Source of the DNA: the human T2T-CHM13v2.0 reference genome, Homo sapiens | Assembly: GCF_009914755.1 (NCBI RefSeq) | Contig: NC_060925.1 | DNA: 64,000 nucleotides | Direction: 5' to 3' (one strand) | Program-made: the position numbers and the translations under genes | Shown: positions 29,201-41,865 of the stretch, in pieces | How the letters are laid out: every line of letters starts with the position of its first letter | Position numbering within the stretch: position 1 is the first letter of the stretch | Notes under the pieces: generated by a model | Told to the model about the DNA's origin: nothing | Database searches by the model: none | What the model saw: the letters and a program-made list of their open reading frames with translations, nothing else

Positions 29201-31284
29201 GTGGTGGCGCACGCCTGTAATCCCAGCATTTTAGGAGGCTGAGGCGGGCGGATCATTTGAGGTCAGGGGTTCGAGATCAGCCTGACCGACGTGGAGAAAC
29301 CCTGTCTCTATTAAAAATACAAAAAAATTAGCCGGGCATGGCGGTACATCCCTGTAACCCCAGCTACTCAGGAGGCTGAGGCAGGAGAATCGCTTGACCA
29401 GGAGGCGGAGGTTGCAGTGAGCCGAGATCGTGCCACTGTACTGCAGCCTGGGCGACAGAATAAGACTTCGTCCCAAAAAGATAAAAGGGGGGACAGCACG
29501 GTGGGTCCAGGCAGGGGCGGGTGGGGAGGGGGTCCAGCCCTCACTCACCCCCACTCACTGCCCATCCAGGTTATGGGCAGTGGCCGAGGCTCACTCTCCT
29601 CAGGCGGACAGACCAGCTGGGACTCGGGGTGCTTGGCGCCCCCCTCCACCCGCACCAGCCACTCCCTGCCTGAGTCCTCAGTGCCATCCACCGTGGGCTG
29701 CTCCTCCCAGCACACACCGGTGAGCGCTTACGGGGTGGCAGACGAAAGTGGGGCAGAAGGCTGTCGGGTAGGTGTGTGTTGGGGACCCTGGTTCCTCAGG
29801 GGAACTCAGACTGGAGGGAGCCCCTTGCAGCCTCAGAGAGTTGCACGGGAGAGGGGCCAAAGGGCTCTTCCTGGAAGGTTTGTGGTCCCCACAGGACCAG
29901 GCCAACTCTGACCGTGCCAGCATTGGCCGACGGAGGACCGAGCTGAGACGCAGTGGCAGCAGCCGGTCACCCGGGAGCAAGGCCCGGGCAGAGGGCCGCG
30001 GCCCTGTCACCCCACTGCACCTGGACCTGACCCAGGTGGGCCCAGCACACCCACACAGCCCCTGGCCTGGTTCCCACCGTTCCGCACCACTGGTCTCTGT
30101 CTCTGGGCCCAGTTGTCCTGGAGCCACCCAGAGGCCTCTTGCACAGAGAAGGGGTGGCCTAGGCTGTTTCTAGCCGAGAAGCCCATTTCTCCCACCTCTG
30201 CCCTGCAGCTGCACAGGCTGAGCCTGGAGAGCAGCCCAGATGCCCCTGACCACACTTCGGAAACATCACACTCGCCCCTCTATGCCGACCCCTACACACC
30301 ACCCGCCACCTCCCACCGCAGGGTCACAGATGTCCGGGGCCTGGAGGAGGTCAGGCCCCTGCTGGGTGACAGAAAGGGTGGGAGGTGCCTGCAGCCTGAG
30401 GCTGGGGAGGTCTAGACCGTGCGTCTCACCCTGGGGTCTGGGGCTGCCCCAAGCCTGAGGTCTGTTCAGGCTCTGATGGGAGGTTGAGGTTCTGGGGGCC
30501 CCTGGCTGCCACCCAGGCCCCAGCCCTGGCTCTCCCTGCAGTTCCTCAGTGCCATGCAGAGTGCACGTGGACCCACGCCCTCGAGCCCACTCCCCTCGGT
30601 GCCTGTGTCTGTGCCTGCCTCTGACCCTCGCTCCTGCTCCTCCGGCCCCGCTGGCCCCTACTTGCTCTCCAAGAAGGGAGCCCTGCAGTCCAGAGCCGCT
30701 CAGAGACACCGGGGCTCAGCCAAGGATGGGGGGCCGCAGCCCCCAGACGCCCCTCAGCTTGTGAGTAGCAGCCCCCACGCCCGTGTGCCCCGGGCTCCGG
30801 GCTGGCCGGGGGTCTGGTGTGGGGCCTCTTGGGACTCTGAGGGAGCAGGGAGGGAAACAGGAGGACGGGGGCAGATGGAGGCCGGGGGGGCCAGTAGGGA
30901 GTTGGGGAGATGGGACTGGGGAGGGAGAGCAGGGGGACATGGGGGGCTGCACAGTGACAGGCCGCCTCCAAGCTCCCTGCCTGGGGCTGTGCCCGGCTCT
31001 CAGACTTGCGGTTTGGGGTTCCAGGTCTCCTCTGCCAGGGAAGGTTCGCCCGAACCCTGGCTGCCTCTGACAGGTGAGTAAGGATCCTGCCTCCTGGGGT
31101 GAGTGCCTGTTGCCTCCCACAGGCTGACACATCTCTGCCTTCCCTACCAGATGGTCGGTCCCCCAGGAGGAGCCGGGACCCCGGCTACGACCACCTCTGG
31201 GACGAGACTTTGTCTTCCTCCCACCAGAAGTGCCCCCAGCTTGGAGGGCCTGAGGCCAGTGGGGGGCTTGTGCAGTGGATCTGA
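23243..31284 (+). CDS. PLEKHN1: Pleckstrin homology domain-containing N1 (CLPABP), 623/611 aa. Exons: 23243-23325, 23415-23514, 26987-27133, 27231-27311, 27396-27468, 27589-27716, 27787 (or 27823)-27918, 28034-28114, 28784-28859, 28997-29133, 29570-29719, 29895-30035, 30209-30349, 30542-30760, 31025-31073, 31151-31284
   Basis: Starts MGNSHCVPQAPRRLRASFSRK in Kozak GCCATGG; two PH-like domains (SRAELDRWLYHLEKQ; SYEDYGHWLLCL). Exons sum to 1872 nt, or 1836 nt with the downstream acceptor. Ends GLVQWI*. Confidence 0.96.
25225..25500 (-). mobile_element. L2 LINE fragment
   Basis: CCAGGCCCTGTCTTAGGCTCTGGGGACACAGCAGTGAAC resembles the reverse complement of the L2 3' region. Confidence 0.6.
26015..26627. 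repeat. Degenerate (TG)/(TA) alternating tract
   Basis: About 610 bp of near-continuous RY alternation. Confidence 0.93.
26665..26892. repeat. 55-bp VNTR, 4 copies
   Basis: CAGGTTCTGTGCCTGTGGGGGGCTGTTCTTCACGTATGTGTTGTGTGGCTGTGCA at 26669, 26724, 26779 and 26834. Confidence 0.95.
29193..29486 (+). mobile_element. Alu in PLEKHN1 intron 10
   Basis: Full dimeric Alu. Confidence 0.93.
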
Positions 31285-31804
31285 TGGCCGCGGTGAGGTG
31301 GGTTCTCAGGACCACCCTCGCCAAGCTCCAGGGTACCTGCCCCTCTAACCCACTTCAAATTACAAGTCAGGGTCTGAACCCAGTGTGATGGGGGGAGTCT
31401 CTGGGGCCCTGAGTTCAGAGCCCGTCCCTCAGCTCCTGTTCCTTGGTGCCAGCAGCTGGGGCAGGGAAGGGTGGGAGGGGCCCCATCCAAAGGATGCCCT
31501 GGCCAGCGAGGCTGGGTCACAGGTCAGGGAGGTCCTGGCCGTCCACAGGGTCGGCCCTCAGCTCAGCCCGCCAGGAGTCAGGGAGGAGACTCGCTGGGAG
31601 TGGGAGGGCAGCACGGGCGTGAAGGTCGGAGGACAGAGAAAGGTCAGCAGGGTCAGAGTATGTGAGGTCAGAGGGCATGAGGGTCACAGGTCAGCAAGGT
31701 GTGAGGAGCACAAGCCAGGGTGCCCCGAGGAGGAGGGTGGGTGGGTCCTTGTGTGGCCTGGCGCGCGCCACAGGGCAGCACGGGAGACGTTGACACCACC
31801 GGAC

Positions 31805-31922
31805 GAGAAAGAAAAAAGAGAGAAGAGAGAGAGGAGAAGAGAGAAAAGAAGAGAAGAGAGAAGAGAAGAGAAGGAAAGAGAGAGAGAGAATAAGAAAAGG
31901 AAGAAAGAAAAAGAAAAGATAG
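31805..31922. repeat. (GA)-rich polypurine tract
   Basis: About 115 nt almost entirely A and G. Confidence 0.9.
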
Positions 31923-31925
31923 AAT

Positions 31926-31931
31926 TTTATT
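31926..31931 (-). terminator. PERM1: PERM1 polyadenylation signal
   Basis: AATAAA on -, followed by a long U/C-rich downstream element. Confidence 0.8.
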
Positions 31932-32880
31932 GGTGCTGCATCCATGTGTTCTCTGCTCAGCAGCCAGGGTCTCCCACAGTCTTGAGGACCCCCACCCAGC
32001 ACCCAGCCAGGCAGCCCCCTTCCTCTGCCACCTCGGGCCCCTCACCGACCTTCCCACCTCATCTCTGACTCCTCTTGGCTGTGGGTCCCCAGCTGCCCCA
32101 CAGGAGCCCCCGGGACAACCCCAGGAGCCCAGCCCTCCATCTGAGGCCACCGAATTCTCCCTCTGCACCTGCACCCAGGGCTCCCGGGGAGGGGCTCGCG
32201 GCTCTGCCACAGACCCCCACCCTGCAGGGGCCGCTGCACTGGGGAGGGGCAGGCAGAGCCTTCGCTGTCTCAGGCCAGAGCCCGCAGAGGCCTTGGCCAC
32301 AGTCCTTTGAGGATCAAGAGTGATGGGCCTTGGAGCCCTTGCCAGCCCAGCCCACCTGTGAGGAGGCTGCCCATCCCCTCTTTGAGGCCACCCTGTGTCC
32401 TCTCCCCTGCCTCTGCCCAGAGCTCCAGCCGGAGTGTCTTGCTGCTCAGACCCCTCCGAGGTCCAAGTCCTGTCCTGCCACTCAGCTCCCCCTGCACCCC
32501 AGAAGAAACGCAGGGTGCGGTTGCATTTGATTTCAGATAAACAACAACTTCTTAGTAAAATGACCTCCCCACTATTGCCTGTCTGAAATTAACCGAATGC
32601 CCTGTGTTCTCATCTGTGAATCTGGCCACCCTCCTACCCAGCCACCTGCCTGCCCTCCACCCACCCAGACTTTAGCACCTCCCTCCCAGGCGTGGGGAGT
32701 GGCCGTGGTCACTGGCTGGATCCTCAGGTGAGTCGGAGGGAGCAGCACCAGGACACGCCCCCCTCCTGGACGCGGTAGAAGAGAGGGGTCAGAGGGCCCG
32801 GGCGAGGGCGGCACCTCGTCCTGCCCTGGGCGCCTGTGGTCGTCTCCTCATCCTGCATCTCCCTGGCCCGGGCCTGGCTC

Positions 32881-35800
32881 CTAGGAGCTGGGGCTGGGGC
32901 TGTGGCTGCGGCGCCCTTGCCCCGCCTGCCGGCGGAAGTAGCGGATGGCAGAGATGGTGCCGACGTTGGCCAGCAAGGCTGCAAGAGAAGCACAGGCTCT
33001 TCTGAGGGCCAGCCTGGCTGTCGGCACCGTCTGCCCGCAAGACCCAGCCCTCAAAGGGCGGGCAAGGTCGGTGCGGCCAGGGCCGCAGCTCAGCCTGGGG
33101 GGAGCAGGTCAGGGGTGAGCCCCGGGGCCCCCGTGCACCCCTCGTCCTGCCAGCGCCCCTCGGTCTGGCTTCTAGGCGCAGCTCCCTCTGCCCCCAGGCA
33201 CCCAAACCTGTTTTCCAGGCGTCTGGGGTATGCGGATCTGACGTCCTCACAGCCCAGGTGGCAAAAGCTACAAACACCAGGCACATGTCATTCTGGCTGA
33301 AGGCAAATGATGGGACAGGCCCCCGGAGCTCCCCTAGGACAGAAGCTCACCTTCAGCCCCACGGCTGCACTCAGAGACGGCCCCGCACACGCCCGCCCCG
33401 GGAACCGCCTGCCCCCACCCCCACCAACCCCAGGAACCGCCTCCCACTCCCCCCACAACCCCGGGAACCGCCTCCCACTCCCCCCGCAACCCCGGGAACC
33501 GCCTCCCACTCCCCCCGCAACCCCGGGAACCGCCTCCCACTCCCCCCACCAACCCCGGGAACCGCCTCCCACTCCCCCCGCAACCCCGGGAACCGCCTCC
33601 CACTCCCCCGACCAACCCCGGGAACCGCCTCCCACTCCCCCCGCAACCCCGGGAACCGCCTCCCACTCCCCCCGCAACCCCGGGAACCGCCTCCCACTCC
33701 CCCCACCAACCCCGGGAACCGCCTCCCACTCCCCCCGCAACCCCGGGAACCGCCTCCCACTCCCCCCGCAACCCCGGGAACCGCCTCCCACTCCCCCCGC
33801 AACCCCGGGAACCGCCTCCCACTCCCCCCACCAACCCCGGGAACCGCCTCCCACTCCCCCCACCAACCCCGGGAACCGCCTCCCACTCCCCCCACCAACC
33901 CCGGGAACCGCCTCCCACTCCCCCCACCAACCCGGGAACCGCCTCCCACTCCCCCCACCAACCCCGGGAACCGCCTGCCCCCGCCACCAACCCCGGGAAC
34001 CGCCTCCCACTCCCCCCGCAACCCCGGGAACCGCCTCCCACTCCCCCCGCAACCCCGGGAACCGCCTCCCACTCCCCCCGCAACCCCGGGAACCGCCTCC
34101 CACTCCCCCCACCAACCCCGGGAACCGCCTCCCACTCCCCCCGCAACCCCGGGAACCGCCTCCCACTCCCCCCGCAACCCCGGGAACCGCCTCCCACTCC
34201 CCCCACCAACCCCGGGAACCGCCTCCCACTCCCCCCGCAACCCCGGGAACCGCCTCCCACTCCCCCCGCAACCCCGGGAACCGCCTCCCACTCCCCCCAC
34301 CAACCCCGGGAACCGCCTCCCACTCCCCCCGCAACCCCGGGAACCGCCTCCCACTCCCCCCGCAACCCCGGGAACCGCCTCCCACTCCCCCCGCAACCCC
34401 GGGAACCGCCTCCCACTCCCCCCACCAACCCCGGGAACCGCCTCCCACTCCCCCCACCAACCCCGGGAACCGCCTCCCACTCCCCCCGCAACCCCGGGAA
34501 CCGCCTCCCACTCCCCCCGCAACCCCGGGAACCGCCTCCCACTCCCCCCACCAACCCCGGGAACCGCCTCCCACTCCCCCCACCAACCCCGGGAACCGCC
34601 TCCCACTCCCCCCACCAACCCCGGGAACCGCCTCCCACTCCCCCCACCAACCCGGGAACCGCCTCCCACTCCCCCCACCAACCCCGGGAACCGCCTGCCC
34701 CCGCCACCAACCCCGGGAACCGCCTCCCACTCCCCCCGCAACCCCGGGAACCGCCTCCCACTCCCCCCGCAACCCCGGGAACCGCCTCCCACTCCCCCCG
34801 CAACCCCGGGAACCGCCTCCCACTCCCCCCACCAACCCCGGGAACCGCCTCCCACTCCCCCCGCAACCCCGGGAACCGCCTCCCACTCCCCCCGCAACCC
34901 CGGGAACCGCCTCCCACTCCCCCCACCAACCCCGGGAACCGCCTCCCACTCCCCCCACCAACCCCGGGAACCGCCTCCCACTCCCCCCGCAACCCCGGGA
35001 ACCGCCTCCCACTCCCCCCACCAACCCCGGGAACCGCCTCCCACTCCCCCCACCAACCCCGGGAACCGCCTCCCACTCCCCCCACCAACCCCGGGAACCG
35101 CCTCCCACTCCCCCCGCAACCCCGGGAACCGCCTCCCACTCCCCGCGCAACCCCGGGAACCGCCTCCCACTCCCCCCACCAACCCCGGGAACCGCCTCCC
35201 ACTCCCCCCACCAACCCCGGGAACCGCCTCCCACTCCCCCCACCAACCCCGGGAACCGCCTCCCACTCCCCCCACCAACCCCGGGAACCGCCTCCCACTC
35301 CCCCCACCAACCCCGGGAACCGCCTCCCACTCCCCCCACCAACCCCGGGAACCGCCTCCCACTCCCCCCGCAACCCCGGGAACCGCCTCCCACTCCCCGC
35401 GCAACCCCGGGAACCGCCTCCCACTCCCCCCACCAACCCCGGGAACCGCCTCCCACTCCCCCCACCAACCCCGGGAACCGCCTCCCACTCCCCCCACCAA
35501 CCCCGGGAACCGCCTCCCACTCCCCCCACCAACCCGGGAACCGCCTCCCACTCCCCCCACCAACCCCGGGAACCGCCTGCCCCCGCCACCAACCCCGGGA
35601 ACCGCCTCCCACTCCCCCCGCAACCCCGGGAACCGCCTCCCACTCCCCCCGCAACCCCGGGAACCGCCTCCCACTCCCCCCGCAACCCCGGGAACCGCCT
35701 CCCACCACCCCGCCAACCCCGGGAACCGCCTCCCACCACCCCGCCAACCCCGGGAACCGCCTCCCACCACCCCGCCAACCCCGGGAACCGCCTCCCACCA

Positions 35801-38800
35801 CCCCGCCAACCCCGGGAACCGCCTGCCCCACCCACCAACCCCGGGAACCGCCTCCCAACCCCCCCCAACCCCAGGAACCGCCTCCCACCCCCCCCAACCC
35901 CAGGAACTGCCTGCCCCGGGAGCCGCTTCCCCCGCAACCCCGGGAACCACCTGCCCCGCACACGGCCGCCCCGGGAACCGCCTGCCTCCCCCTCCAACCC
36001 CAGGAACCGCCTGCCCCACCCTAACCCTGCACACTCTTGGCCTGGGAACTGCCTGCCCCGCACACGCCCGCCCCGGGAACCGCCTGCCCCAGATACATCC
36101 ATCATGGGACATGTCTGTCCTAAGATACATTTGTGCTGGACACGTCTACCCTGGACACGTCTTCCCGAAACCCCTCTGTCATGGACACGTCTTCCTGAGA
36201 ACTGGTTGCCCCGGGAACCGCCTGCCCCGGGAACCGCCCGCCCTGGACGCGTCTGTCGGAGTCACATCGCCCCCGTGCTTCTTCTGCCTGAGATTTGGGT
36301 GACCTGGTTGAGTTGGGCCAGTTTGGGGGAACTGCCAGTGGAGGCCCCATGTTCTGGTCTGTAAAGCATCTCCCAGAGGACATCAGTGTGAGATGGGCCT
36401 CGTAGAGTGCCTGACCCTGAAGGTAGCCAGGCCTGGGCGGGAACCCTGCCAGAGGCTGGGGGAGGGACGCCGCCGTCACATGGGCCCGAACACAGGGCAA
36501 CGGCGGCGCAGAGCCAACCCCCTGAACAACCCGGGTGCTTGGACTGGGCCGCCCCATCTGGACTGTGTGCTGGGATGACTGGGGGCTGGTCCCCAGGCTC
36601 CCCTGCTAGGGGATGACCCAAGCCCGGCCTGCCCGGCCCCTGCGGCCCCCTCCTTGGCCAAGATCCCTGGACAGTGTGTGCCTGGGATCTGGACGGGCTG
36701 TGGGATCCGAGAGCACGTACCTGCCCGTCTAAGAGCCAGGTGGAGCCGCTCTACCACGGCTGGCTTGAGGGGGGTCCCAGGCCCCGCCCCCTGGGAGGCC
36801 GACCGGGGAGGCTCCAGGGCCTGCAGTGGGAGCGGGACAGCCGGCCCCAGCACGCCCTCAAGCCTGTCCTCCCCGAAGAAGAAGTGTTCATAGACCTCAG
36901 GGATGGAGATGGGCACGGGGTCTCCAGGTATGGGGGCCGGCACAGGATCAGCTCTCGGGAGCGGCTCCGGGGACCCCCGCCGCCTCGACCTCTGGGCTCC
37001 AACGTCTGGGAAGAAGAACTCGCACATGTCCGGCCACTGGACGCCTGCCGGATCCTGACCGGCCGCTGCCGCCTCAGCCTCTTCGTTCTCCTCGATGGTG
37101 TCACAGAAGAAGAACTCGTAGGCCTCCGGGAGGGTCACGGCAAAGCTGCTCCCGGGCCCGACCCTCGTCACGGCAGAGGGAGGGGGGCGAGGCAGGTGCT
37201 TGAGGATCCGAGGCTGGTGGGGCCGGGGCCCGACAGCCACAGCCTCCCAGGCTCCGGGCCCCCCGTGGGCCCCAGTTGCTGTCTGGGGGGCTGAGGGCCG
37301 GGCTGAGGCCTCTCCTGAGCCTGGCTTATTGGGGCCGGGCCCAGCCACGGAGAAGCGCACTTTCTTCTTCCTGGGGACTTGGGTGAGACCCAGTGCGGGC
37401 GCCCCAGAGCAGCATCCGGGGGCCCCTGCTGAGGGCTCAGACACAACCGCCTCCATCTCCACCACATCAGGCCCAGCTCTGCGGGTGGGAGGCCAGGCGA
37501 GGCCAGCGGCGTCGGCTCTGGGAACAGGTGTAGACACAAGCCCGCTGGACTCGGTCATCCTCGGCACAGCCTCCGAGACAGGTGGAGATGAAGCCACCTC
37601 TAGCTTAGCCACTGGGCCTGCTGTAGGCAAGGCCACATCCAGGCCATGTTTGGAGGCAGGTGTGGACACAGCCACGTCCGTGTCCAGTTGTGGCTTGGAG
37701 ATGGGTGTAGACAGAGCCACACTGGACTGAGGCTCAGAAGCTGGTGTAGACACAGCCGTGTCAGATTGCGGCTTGGAGGCAGGTATAGACACAGCCATGT
37801 CCCTGTCAGGTTGCGGCTCAGAGGCAGGTGTAGACACAGCCATGTCCGTGTCAGGTTGCGGCTCAGAGGCAGGTGTAGACACAGCCATGTCCCTGTCAGA
37901 TTGCGGCTCGGAGGCAGGTGTAGACACAGCCATGTCCCTGTCAGGTTGCGGCTCGGAGGCAGGTGTAGACACAGCCATGTCTGACTTAGCCCTTGAGACA
38001 TCTGGGAGGGCTTCCCAGACAGTCGTGGACACTGTGTGCAGCTTGGCTCGGCGCGGGGTTCTGATTTGGTCTGTGCCTTGCTCTGTCACAGGGACAGGTG
38101 TAGACAGGCCCAAACCTGGCCCTGGTCTGTCTTCCTGCACAGGGGACCTGGGGCCAGGCTCAGGAGCTCCTGCAGGACCTGGCCCCAACTCCTCCTGCCC
38201 GGCTTTGGCCATCAGCTTTGCCGTCTCAGGACTGGCCGCAGGGAGCAGCGGGGAGCCCGTCTGGGCAGAAGCAGAGGCTCCTGTGTGCCCACCCCCCTTG
38301 GCACCCACAGCTCGCCTCTTCTTTCGGCTGGGGCTCCGTGGTGGGGCTCCAGGGCTATCGGGGGGCCTCTGGGAGCCAGTGCTGTGGCCAGGGGACTTGG
38401 GACTCCCAGGGGGCTCACCAGGGGGCCGTGGGGCAGGGCCCTGCAGAAGCCTCTGCATCTGGTCTCCAGAAGACGCCGGACCAGGGCAGGATGAGAACTG
38501 GCTGGGAGGGCTGGCGCCGGGGCCGAGGGACGGTGGAGCTTCTGCCCGTGCGGACGTGCTGGGTGTCTGCTGACCGGTCCCCAGGGCCAAGACAGGCTCA
38601 CCCTGAGACCTGCTGACCGGCTGCTGTGTGGCCACGTCCTCCTCCTCGCAGCCCCGCCGGCTCCGCCCTCCTGCAGCTAGCTGCCCAGTTGGGAGAGGTG
38701 GGGCCCTGGGGGGACTGCTGCCACTGCTGTCCCCTTGGTCAATGTCACTGGACAAGAGCTCGTCCCCAGAGGCCAGGCCGGCCTGCAGGAGGCCACACTC

Positions 38801-38869
38801 ATCGGCGGTGGCTGAGAACTCGGCCCAGTCCTGGTCACTCAGCTGGACGCTGTACTGGAAATTTTCCAT
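32881..38869 (-). CDS. PERM1: PGC-1/ERR-induced regulator in muscle 1, 790 aa. Coding exons: 36721-38869, 33208-33333, 32881-32978. Upstream exon ~39905-39960; acceptor of the large exon at 39013
   Basis: MENFQYSVQLSDQDWAEFSATADECGLLQAGLA...; C-terminus NDMCLVFVAFATWAVRTSD..|ALLANVGTISAIRYFRRQ..SPSS*. Exons sum to 2373 nt; GT-AG. Confidence 0.96.
33395..36090. repeat. ~2.6 kb 31/32-bp GC-rich minisatellite in a PERM1 intron
   Basis: Units CCCCGGGAACCGCCTCCCACTCCCCCC(G/AC)CAA, roughly 80 copies with degenerate flanks. Confidence 0.98.
37655..37985 (-). repeat. PERM1: Coding 45-bp (15-aa) repeat in PERM1, DMAVSTPASEPQ(P/S)DR
   Basis: Four near-perfect plus about four degenerate copies. Confidence 0.92.
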
Positions 38870-39429
38870 GTGGAGTCAGCAGAGGCACTGGAGGGTAGCA
38901 GAATGGGTCCGGTGGGGTCTTCATGGGTTCAGGCCCCGGGCACCACCCTGCACATGCCGCCCCTGCCCCACGAGACCTGGGAGCTCCCACCGCCTCGGGG
39001 CTCCATCCGTGCCCTGAAAGGAAGAGAACAGCATCTCGAGGGGAGGGCCGCGCTTCCTTCAAACCTAGTGGTGACGATTTCCAAGTTAGAAGATCCCCAG
39101 CTCCCATGACCCTAGTTCCCAACGCACCCCAAATGATAGCTGTGTGATGATGCGGTGTTACATTCCTAGAATCAAGGATGATTTTCTACCAGTGAAGCTA
39201 TAAAACCAGCCGTCCTCAGGTTTGAATGCTCTTTCCCATCACACCTCAGCTGGGGCAGCCTCACCTCCTCCACCTTCTGCCAGAGCTGTCTTTACACGGC
39301 AAAGCACCTTTCAGGGTCCACCCGATGGGACCAGTGCCCTCGGGGGTGGGCAGCCCTGGTCCATCCCAGTGCGCCCCAGCTGGCAGCCGGCCACAGGAAA
39401 GGTTTACAGGGCCCAGCAGGTGCCCAGCC

Positions 39430-40420
39430 CTCGGCGATGACCTTCCGATCGCCTTGGCTGGGCCAGGCTATTCTCTGAGCTCACCAGGTGGTGCTGGCCA
39501 GAGCTGGCCCAAGTCAGCAGGGAGAGCCTGGGCAGGAGGTGCAGGCTGCGGTGGGTCTCTTGACCCAGCAGCCACCTCGGGCCGTCCTCGAGGTCTGCAC
39601 CACGATCCAGGCCTGCCCGGCTGCCCGGGGTGCCTTCCTTTGCCCCGTCTCAGAGAAGCAAGGAGACCCTAGCCAGCTGTCGGGTCTACCCCTAGAGGGG
39701 GCCGCCCTCGGCCTCAGGTCAGCCCCTCTGGACCCAGGGGTGGGAAGTCACTTTGGTGGGGACGGTCCTGAGACGGAGGCCAGGGCATGGTGGCTTCCCA
39801 CCCACTGACCTTCGCCCTCCTCTCTGGTCTCTTGAGAAGCCTCTGTGGGGGTTGTTACCATTGGGGCCCCTTGGGTCAGGAGCCAGCAGCTGACCATGTC
39901 CTACCTGGGTCCCGGCGGCCGAGCTGGGCGTCTGAGCTGCCCGTCCTGGGTCGGCATGGTGCTAGGCTGTGGCTGCACAGGCTCCTCCCCCTGTGCCAAA
40001 AATACCACGTCCCTGTGGCCACATGAGACTCGTGCCAGCCATCAGGGTCCAGGCCACAAATAGATGGCATTTGAGGGCCCTCCAGCTACAGTACATGAGG
40101 ACGACTTCCTGGCACGGGGCCGGGCTGAGGTGGGGTCAGACACGGGCCGGAGGACGCTGACCAGCAGGCAGCACCGCTCAGTTCCCGTGCCTCCGCCACC
40201 CGCGGTGAAACCTCAGACCTGCCCTCCCTGCCGCCCCTGGAATGTTCCTGGCCTGCTTCTGAGATGGCCTCTGTGTCCCGGCCAGGGCTTGTGCCTCCCG
40301 GTCCTGACCTCTGGGGCTCATGTGAGGGTGAGTGACGCCAGGGAGCGTCAGCGTCAGAGCCCCCACGCCTGGCTCCGCTCAGCTGCACCCTCCAGGCCGT
40401 CCTGACCTTGGGGTTCACGG
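39430..40420 (-). promoter_or_regulatory. PERM1: PERM1 promoter region with ERR and MEF2-like motifs
   Basis: Extended half-sites (minus strand) CCAAGGTCA 40403-40411, CGAAGGTCA 39806-39814 and GGAAGGTCA 39438-39446. MEF2-like CCAAAAATAC 39996-40005 and CCACAAATAG 40054-40063. Consistent with known ERR/PGC-1 induction in muscle. Confidence 0.6.
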
Positions 40421-40769
40421 TGCCCATTCCCAGGCAGGTTCCGAGCCAGAGGGGACAAGAGGACAGGGCGAGGGATCCAACAATAAACATCCGATCAAAC
40501 AGGCAGGTGAGCTCAGCTCCGATGGCAGCACGTCCTGAGAAAGAAGTAGGGAGAGGCGTGGCTGGAGGGGCCGGAGACCTCTCTAAGGAGGAGGCTTGGA
40601 CCGAGAAGCTCCTGAGAGTTCAGGGCACGATACTAGGAGACTGGGGTGTGCGCCGTGAGGGGTGGCAGTGAGAGCTGGGCGTGCAGAAAGTGCATGCCTG
40701 GTGCCATACGATGCTTTTCCAGAAAGTAGCTGCCACGAGACCACAGGACAAGGCGTCCCGCCACGCAGG

Positions 40770-41865
<1,096 letters not shown>

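Noticed and set aside
33440-35700. PRDM9 13-mer hotspot motif in the minisatellite unit
   Set aside because: CCTCCCACTCCCC misses the central T of CCNCCNTNNCCNC, and near-matches are expected in any C-rich repeat.
33258-36302. 1014-aa and 905-aa Pro-rich ORFs and ~900-aa antisense ORFs as novel genes
   Set aside because: They come entirely from a stop-free minisatellite with 31/32-bp units. Several frames are open at once, so there is no coding constraint.
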